Source: Patescibacteria group bacterium (GTDB lineage Bacteria > Patescibacteriota > UBA1384 > 2-12-FULL-50-11). Taken from it: DNA of 38,605 nucleotides. The notes below the pieces were generated by a model. That model was not told where the DNA came from and ran no database searches. It saw nothing but the letters and a program-made list of their open reading frames with translations. This document shows, piece by piece, positions 32,242 through 38,605 of the stretch (its first letter is position 1; each line of letters opens with the position of its first letter). The position numbers and the translations under genes were made by a program. The stretch lies in the NCBI GenBank assembly GCA_041477655.1, contig JBGOUP010000002.1:1-38605 (forward strand), written 5' to 3'.

Positions 32242-32475
32242 TTAGCGTTTAGATATTTCTTTGAGTGCGGGGCCAAAATCTTCAAAAACCTGCTTAAGCT
32301 CGTTGGCGAAATTAGGATCAATGTGCATTTCGTCAACCAGTTCCGGGTTGACTAATTTGGCCACCACTTGGTTATTACGAGTAATGCTGTAGATGGCTTT
32401 ACCCGCTTCCACCTCGTCAATAATTTTAGAAATATGTTGCCGAGCTTGAGTGGTGGAGATCTTTTTCTGTTTCAT
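32242..32475 (-). CDS. phd: type II antitoxin Phd/YefM family
   Basis: ISTTQARQHISKIIDEVEAGKAIYSITRNNQVVAKLV. Its stop lies 8 nt upstream of the doc start. Confidence 0.8.
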   Translation of the reverse strand: MKQKKISTTQARQHISKIIDEVEAGKAIYSITRNNQVVAKLVNPELVDEMHIDPNFANELKQVFEDFGPALKEISKR

Positions 32476-32482
32476 TATCCGA

Positions 32483-32511
32483 AATGTACATTAACGTACA
32501 TTAGTTGTCAA
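32483..32511 (-). promoter_or_regulatory. phd-doc promoter with TAATGTAC direct repeats (operator candidate)
   Basis: The minus strand reads TTGACA (plus 32506-32511), a 17-nt spacer, then TACATT (plus 32483-32488). The spacer and -10 region carry TAATGTAC twice, including the palindrome ATGTACAT. Confidence 0.55.
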
Positions 32512-32517
32512 GCCAAA

Positions 32518-32871
32518 TCAACGACCCAGCAGTGCCCGGACTCGTTCGATAACGGTGGCTAACAATTGTGGTGAAACTTTCTCGATATATTTGGCCTGGC
32601 GAGCAAACACATCCACGCTACGCAAATGAATGGGCAAGATCACGCCCTTCGTCTTAGTTTTCTTTAGTACTATCTCAAAAGACAGACCTCTAACTTTAGT
32701 GGTGATCGGACAAATTATGGCCAAACCTGTCCGTTCGGCTAACAACTTTGGCGAAAGAACAATGGCCGGCCGACGACCAGACTGTTCGTGGCCAGTTCTG
32801 GGATCGAGCATTAGCCAAATTATGTCGCCCTGATCTGGCGAGTATTTAGTGGTGGGCTTCGGCGCCGACAT
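32518..32871 (-). CDS. mazF: type II toxin MazF/PemK family endoribonuclease
   Basis: GDIIWLMLDPRTGHEQSGRRPAIVLSP...ICPITTK. ATG 32871 is preferred over the track's TTG at 32898. It overlaps mazE by 26 nt. Confidence 0.85.
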   Translation of the reverse strand: MSAPKPTTKYSPDQGDIIWLMLDPRTGHEQSGRRPAIVLSPKLLAERTGLAIICPITTKVRGLSFEIVLKKTKTKGVILPIHLRSVDVFARQAKYIEKVSPQLLATVIERVRALLGR

Positions 32872-33094
32872 CCACTCCCCAGTTCTGCTCACCGCCAATG
32901 TCTCTTGGCGTCACGCCAGAGAGCATGGCCGTTAGATTATTACTCTCACCAACAGGCGTGAGCACAATCGAACGGCCCTTTAAGCTAACCTTTAATTCGG
33001 CGTCGAGCTCAATTTTAGCCGCTCTCATTACTTTTTTGGGCAAACGAACACCCTGGCCGTTGCCCCATTTTTTAAGCGTTTGGGTTATATCCAT
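32846..33094 (-). CDS. mazE: type II antitoxin MazE (AbrB/SpoVT fold)
   Basis: LKKWGNGQGVRLPKKVMRAAKIELDAELKVSLKGRSIVLTP shows the looped-hinge-helix pattern. Confidence 0.8.
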   Translation of the reverse strand: MDITQTLKKWGNGQGVRLPKKVMRAAKIELDAELKVSLKGRSIVLTPVGESNNLTAMLSGVTPRDIGGEQNWGVDVGAEAHH

Positions 33095-33104
33095 AATATA
33101 TACA

Positions 33105-33132
33105 AGTATATACAGGATAATTTGATTGTCAA
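33105..33132 (-). promoter_or_regulatory. mazEF promoter overlapping GTATATAC palindromes
   Basis: The minus strand reads TTGACA (plus 33127-33132), a 16-nt spacer, then TATACT (plus 33105-33110). GTATATAC-tt-GTATATA spans the -10, only 10 nt before the ATG. Confidence 0.55.
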
Positions 33133-33163
33133 GTGGGAATTACTAAAGAGTCTAATTTTGTAT

Positions 33164-33196
33164 AAAAAAACAGCTCGGAAGTTTTGAGGCTTCCGG
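33164..33196 (-). terminator. rho-independent terminator
   Basis: The minus strand reads CGGAAG cctcaaaa CTTCCG, then agcTGTTTTTTT (plus A-run 33164-33170). It is downstream of the 151-aa gene. Confidence 0.6.
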
Positions 33197-33206
33197 GCCG
33201 TTGGAA

Positions 33207-33662
33207 TTAGTGACCGTTGCTGTGGTCGAGCTTCGCCATGCGTTCGTCACTCAAGCGAGCTTGAAGTTCAGCCCAACTTATCTTATCTACGATCGCCGAA
33301 GCGGTAATCTCGCCTCTGACGTTGGGGTCAAGAAAAAAGACCGTGTACTGACCCTTAGTTAATATCACTGCCTGCCCAGGGGAATGGATAAGTAGTTTTG
33401 GCATTGGACCATCCCGGGTGGGGGTTACTGACATGGGGGAATCAGTTCGGATTGCCACCTTCTCGCCAACCACGTAACCCGGTTGACCGAGTCTGTGATA
33501 CACAACTACGCCGGGCTCAAATTTCAATCTATCGAAGCCATCGGGAACGGCCTTGTTGGCAAAAACCTCAGCTGGCTGGTTGCTTAGCCAATTGACCCGA
33601 TATGACACCAGGCCAACCACTGCCAAGAGCGTCAGAATTGCCAGGGGCAACAATTTTTTCAA
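33207..33662 (-). CDS. 151-aa N-terminally anchored/secreted hypothetical protein
   Basis: MKKLLPLAILTLLAVVGLVSY is a signal or anchor. TTG start with AAGGAGG 9 nt upstream. Confidence 0.6.
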   Translation of the reverse strand: MKKLLPLAILTLLAVVGLVSYRVNWLSNQPAEVFANKAVPDGFDRLKFEPGVVVYHRLGQPGYVVGEKVAIRTDSPMSVTPTRDGPMPKLLIHSPGQAVILTKGQYTVFFLDPNVRGEITASAIVDKISWAELQARLSDERMAKLDHSNGH

Positions 33663-33750
33663 AGTTCACTTCCCTCCTTCGGAACGAGTTTGAATTATAA
33701 TCTAATTTCTGACGAAAATCAATCGTCTTTAATCCTAGGTACTGGAGCCA

Positions 33751-33779
33751 TTGATTTAGTGCAGAAAATAAAGTAGAAT
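33751..33779 (+). promoter_or_regulatory. sigma70-type promoter
   Basis: TTGATT (33751-33756), a 17-nt spacer, then TAGAAT (33774-33779). Confidence 0.65.
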
Positions 33780-33813
33780 TTAGCCATCTTCGACAAACTT
33801 AGGAGGTTCTATC

Positions 33814-34302
33814 GTGTCGAATAACAAAGCACTTTACATGTTCGTTGGCTCGCTTGTTCTTGCGGCGTTCTCGTTGGGAATCTTGCTCGGCAAACCGGCT
33901 ATGGCTCAGGCCATACCGTTGTACGGCCAGGGATTCCCTCATCAGTCAGATCTTTGGAGCTTCTCGGCCTCAGCGAGTTCCTATCTCGACACGGGTACAA
34001 TTCATGGTTACGTTTTTCAGGTTTCCACTGACTCTAACGGCAGATTGCCGGTCCTAACAACCAGCCACCTTGATGGTTACTCCGGAAGCTTTGCCTATGG
34101 CGATATTTACCACAACGTTGGCGGGCAGTGGCAGAAATGGGAGAGAAACGACATGAGTTTTGGTGGTTCTTCCACGCCATTATGGGAGGGGCGTTTTCAC
34201 AACTCTGGGCTTGGCGTAGTACTCCAAACTGGTAGTTATCTAATTACCTATGGCCAAGGCAGCAATCAGTTACTGCTTTCGGGCTACTATGCACGACCAT
34301 AA
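33814..34302 (+). CDS. 162-aa secreted hypothetical protein
   Basis: AGGAGG at 33801-33806, then GTG 33814. The signal peptide ends ...GKPAMAQA/IP. The mature part is Gly/Ser/Tyr-rich with no family recognised. Confidence 0.6.
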   Translation: MSNNKALYMFVGSLVLAAFSLGILLGKPAMAQAIPLYGQGFPHQSDLWSFSASASSYLDTGTIHGYVFQVSTDSNGRLPVLTTSHLDGYSGSFAYGDIYHNVGGQWQKWERNDMSFGGSSTPLWEGRFHNSGLGVVLQTGSYLITYGQGSNQLLLSGYYARP

Positions 34303-34380
34303 GGCGCATTGTTGTCTAATATCTTGTTTGGGCTGGGATTATTTCCTGGCCCAAAACTTTCATAGGCACTGCTTCATAAA

Positions 34381-35025
34381 CTAAGCAAAGCTTTTAATAA
34401 ATAAGTACAACCCATATATGAAAATTACCGCAGTTATAGTTTCGATAAGCAAGACCAGTTTGTAAGTTTCGGCTAACCAACCTACTGTTTTACCATTTAA
34501 GTTGGCAAAATAAGTTTTTTTATCTTCGGAACTATACATTCTACAGAAAACTAAGTTTCTGGGGGAAAGAATAATTGAATAGATAATTACAGCGAACACT
34601 TTGACCCAATCTTGGAAAGAAAAATACTTTTTATTAAATTGCATTACCTGAAATGCTCTCCAAGATAATGCGTATTTTACCCTTGATTCAAGAAATAGTG
34701 AGATATAGGCGGTAATTATTGCCAAGAGAAAAATATACCAAGACAGCTTTAACTCACCAAAATTTGCCCTTTGATTAAACAGATTTGTTGAGACGACAGT
34801 AATTGAAAATCCTACTATCGACGTTGCTAGCAAAATAAGTTTATGCAGGGTATCTCGAGACAGCGTACGAGCACCTTCAAGGTCGTCATCGAGTTTCTTG
34901 AATTTTTCTTTGAGTTCAAGATTCTGTTTTTCCATATCTCCCGTAAACTTGTTGCTTATTTCAGCAAGCTTTCTTGCGGAAGTTTCATTTATCTCTTTTA
35001 ATTTTTCTTCAAAGGATCCGTTCAT
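34381..35025 (-). CDS. 214-aa membrane protein with N-terminal coiled coil and ~4 TM helices
   Basis: The first ~55 aa are a KE-rich helix (EEKLKEINETSARKLAEISNKF...LELKEKFKKLDDDLE), followed by hydrophobic segments. The gene is markedly AT-rich relative to its neighbours. Confidence 0.6.
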   Translation of the reverse strand: MNGSFEEKLKEINETSARKLAEISNKFTGDMEKQNLELKEKFKKLDDDLEGARTLSRDTLHKLILLATSIVGFSITVVSTNLFNQRANFGELKLSWYIFLLAIITAYISLFLESRVKYALSWRAFQVMQFNKKYFSFQDWVKVFAVIIYSIILSPRNLVFCRMYSSEDKKTYFANLNGKTVGWLAETYKLVLLIETITAVIFIYGLYLFIKSFA

Positions 35026-35080
35026 AGCAAAAACATATACTCCTTATAAACTTGCCGCAATGCCTACGAAGTTTGTTTGC

Positions 35081-35200
35081 CTGAGCGTGCTAGGGGGTGG
35101 GAGTGCAGAAGGTAGGGGGACCGCTTCGTGGATTCAACCAGCTCACCACCCTGAGTACAATCGAAGGGCAGTAGATCCCCCTACCTTCTGCAAAAGAAAA
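35081..35200 (+). repeat. structured intergenic element, copy D
   Basis: CTGAGCGTGCTAGGGGGTGGGAGTGCA includes a 24-mer identical to copy A. A perfect 16-bp hairpin GCAGAAGGTAGGGGGA (35105-35120) / TCCCCCTACCTTCTGC (35175-35190) follows, then CAAAAGAAAA. Confidence 0.7.
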
Positions 35201-35216
35201 AGGGCCGGTAGGCCCT
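35191..35216 (-). terminator. groEL rho-independent terminator
   Basis: The minus strand reads AGGGCC tacc GGCCCT followed by TTTTCTTTTG. It is 23 nt past the groEL stop. Confidence 0.7.
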
Positions 35217-35239
35217 TATCTTTTTCGCGGATGCGAAAT

Positions 35240-36898
<1,659 letters not shown>

Positions 36899-36904
36899 TT
36901 AAGT

Positions 36905-37062
36905 ATGGTTGTCGAAGTAAATGCGAAATTCTAAGCCCGAAACTCGAAACAAGTTCTAAATTCCAATCTTCCAAATTCGAAACTCGAAATCCGAAATTTG
37001 TTATATTATTTTGAATTTTCATACTTAAATTTGTTTGGTGATTCGAAATTTGTGCTTGGTGC
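36905..37062. repeat. CGAAAT/CGAAAC low-complexity repeat filling the groES-groEL spacer
   Basis: GCGAAAT, CCGAAAC, TCGAAAC, TCGAAAC, TCGAAAT, CCGAAAT and TCGAAAT are all on the plus strand. They lie within the 191-nt gap between the groES stop and the groEL ATG. Confidence 0.65.
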
Positions 37063-37353
37063 TTACTCGGTGAGAACACCGAGTACGTCATCTTCTCTTA
37101 AAATCTTGTATTCGATATCGTCAATCTTGAATTCGTCTCCGCCGTACTTGGAGAAGATGACTTTATCGCCAACACTTACTTCCATGGCAACGCGGTTACC
37201 GTCTTTATCAAAACGGCCTGGGCCAACGGCCACAACTTCGCCCTCTTGGGGTTTTTCTTTGGCAGTGTCGGGAATGATAATGCCCGACTTGGACGATTGC
37301 TCGCTATCGAGGGGCTTAACAACTAAACGGTCGGCAAGCGGTTTGATCTTCAT
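37063..37353 (-). CDS. groS: co-chaperonin GroES
   Basis: MKIKPLADRLVVKP...GIIIPDTAKEKPQEGEVVAVGPG. 96 aa. Confidence 0.95.
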   Translation of the reverse strand: MKIKPLADRLVVKPLDSEQSSKSGIIIPDTAKEKPQEGEVVAVGPGRFDKDGNRVAMEVSVGDKVIFSKYGGDEFKIDDIEYKILREDDVLGVLTE

Positions 37354-37390
37354 AAAAAATCTCCGTAATTAGTTTTTATCTTACGGGTTC

Positions 37391-37418
37391 ATTGTAAAGC
37401 GAACTTTACATTTGTCAA
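37391..37418 (-). promoter_or_regulatory. groESL sigma70-type promoter
   Basis: The minus strand reads TTGACA (plus 37413-37418), a 16-nt spacer, then TACAAT (plus 37391-37396). Confidence 0.6.
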
Positions 37419-37488
37419 GAATGTCTTGCTAATGTCGGCGTTAGTGTTAGATTGAAACCAACGCACCTCGCAAGAAAGGGGGCCGATT

Positions 37489-37959
37489 ATGGCCGTGGAG
37501 ATGGTCGGGCCAAGAAAGAAAGAATTGATCGAGACGTCAAATGAGCGGAGTGAGTATGGGAATATTGCTGACGGCATCGTCTATGCCAAGATCCACAAAT
37601 CCGACGGGGATCAAATAAAGCTTAGCCAACGTCTGGGCGAAGTCCGGGGATTTCTGGTTGGGTTTATGTGCACATCAGCCAATGCGACTCACGGAAAAGC
37701 TGACTTCGAATTCTACCGAATGATCAATGATGTTTTTGGCTTGCCTGATGTTAGGGAGCAGGGCAGGGCGGGCGTTACGATGAGCCAGTTGTGCCAGAAG
37801 ATCAATGGCCGACTACGACGGCGACTCAAGACCCTCGATAAGCTGGCGTCCGACTGTCAATCAGTTGGCCCGAGACAAACCAAGAGCTTCTTCGGGTTTC
37901 TGGATCGCCTAAGATCAGGCGTCCAGAACTTTAAGATGGGGCCATTCAAGCATTATTAG
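37489..37959 (+). CDS. 156-aa hypothetical protein
   Basis: AAGGGGG precedes the ATG. Basic, helical C-terminal half (RLRRRLKTLDKL). No family recognised. Confidence 0.5.
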   Translation: MAVEMVGPRKKELIETSNERSEYGNIADGIVYAKIHKSDGDQIKLSQRLGEVRGFLVGFMCTSANATHGKADFEFYRMINDVFGLPDVREQGRAGVTMSQLCQKINGRLRRRLKTLDKLASDCQSVGPRQTKSFFGFLDRLRSGVQNFKMGPFKHY

Positions 37960-37986
37960 CATTCAGAGCCCAGGGGATGGTGGTCA

Positions 37987-38025
37987 AGGGCCTGGCCGGA
38001 ACTTTCCGGACAGGCCCTTCAAATT
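37987..38025 (+). terminator. terminator-like hairpin
   Basis: AGGGCCTGGCCGGA / TCCGGACAGGCCCT (one mismatch) is followed by TCAAATT. The T-tract is weak. Confidence 0.35.
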
Positions 38026-38044
38026 AGGCTAAAATAACCCAAGA

Positions 38045-38605
38045 ATGAGCAAGCGATTAGTTTCGGGCATTAAACCCACCGGCCAGTTGCATATCGGGAA
38101 TTATTTGGGAGCCATCAAGCAATGGGTCGAGCTTCAAGATGATTACGACTGTTTCTTTTTTGTGGCCGATTATCATGCCCTAACGACTCGACCCAAACCT
38201 GAAGAGCTAAAAGAACAAACCTTGCAGGTGGCGGCAATGCTGATTGCTCTTGGACTCGACCCCAAAGCCTGCACCTTGTTTTTACAATCAGATGTGCCCG
38301 AGCACACTGAACTATCTTGGATTTTGAGCAATTTCACTACCGTCGGGGCACTATCACGAATGACCCAGTTCAAAGAGAAAACCAGCCAGCAAGGCGAGAA
38401 CGCTGGATTATTCACTTACCCAATTTTGATGTCGGCCGATGTGGTTATCTACGACGCCGAGGTGGTGCCGGTTGGTGACGATCAAGTTCAGCATTTGGAA
38501 CTAACTCGAGAGATTGTTCGGTCGTTTAACCATCACGCCGGCCAAACATTGGTTGAGCCAAAACCTCTGTTGACTAAAGCCGCTCGAGTCATGGCTATGA
38601 ATAAT
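38045..38605 (+). CDS. trpS: tryptophanyl-tRNA synthetase, 5' partial (runs off the window)
   Basis: This ORF is absent from the ORF track because it is open at the right edge. MSKRLVSGIKPTGQLHIGNYLGAIKQW (HIGH-type motif), FFFVADYHALT, YPILMSADV and VPVGDDQVQHLELTR blocks are typical of TrpRS. Confidence 0.85.
   Translation, partial: MSKRLVSGIKPTGQLHIGNYLGAIKQWVELQDDYDCFFFVADYHALTTRPKPEELKEQTLQVAAMLIALGLDPKACTLFLQSDVPEHTELSWILSNFTTVGALSRMTQFKEKTSQQGENAGLFTYPILMSADVVIYDAEVVPVGDDQVQHLELTREIVRSFNHHAGQTLVEPKPLLTKAARVMAMNN

Noticed and set aside
36905-37062. CGAAAT arrays (also 9822-9916 and 27646-27686) as CRISPR arrays.
   Set aside because: The units are 6-8 nt, irregularly spaced, with no unique spacers of 25-40 nt and no cas genes. 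They are simple low-complexity repeats.
37419-37470. A CIRCE/HrcA operator (TTAGCACTC-N9-GAGTGCTAA) upstream of groES.
   Set aside because: Only a weak imperfect inverted repeat is present (CTTGCTAA-n8-TTAGTGTT), not a convincing CIRCE match.
38173-38415. An 80-aa minus-strand ORF near the right edge.
   Set aside because: It is antisense to the clearly recognisable trpS reading frame.

Overview
This 38.6 kb window looks like a small-genome, Patescibacteria/CPR-like bacterium. That is my inference from gene content and intergenic repeat style, not a database result. The genetic code appears standard, since TGA, TAA and TAG all end recognisable genes. Housekeeping genes: queD plus a SAM methyltransferase, a TrmB-like regulator, a GT4/MraY-family transferase, ndk, an M16 peptidase, two PAP2 phosphatases, a Xer-type recombinase, rpsF-ssb-rpsR-efp, a PurN-like formyltransferase, groES-groEL and a partial trpS. 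There are three accessory blocks. (1) A 6.1 kb Sec-signal RHS/YD-repeat polymorphic toxin has an unassigned 99-aa C-terminal module, an overlapping immunity candidate and a TPR protein. These lie in a ~7.6 kb AT-richer interval bounded by a 48-nt direct repeat that duplicates the last 15 codons plus stop of the neighbouring giant gene. (2) A type IV pilus operon runs pilC, pilin, three minor pilins, then a 1643-aa GspK/PilX-like giant tip protein. (3) A two-tRNA unit with odd anticodon arms is followed by four small unknown ORFs with near-consensus sigma70 promoters and duplicated terminators. After those come Phd-Doc and MazEF modules and three unknown membrane or secreted proteins. The most unusual non-coding signal is five dispersed copies of a ~110-155 nt structured intergenic element that keeps its helices through compensatory base changes. 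CGAAAT-type low-complexity repeats also sit inside the rpsF and groESL operons and in a pilin leader. All coordinates, folds and counts were done by hand from the sequence and need tool confirmation.
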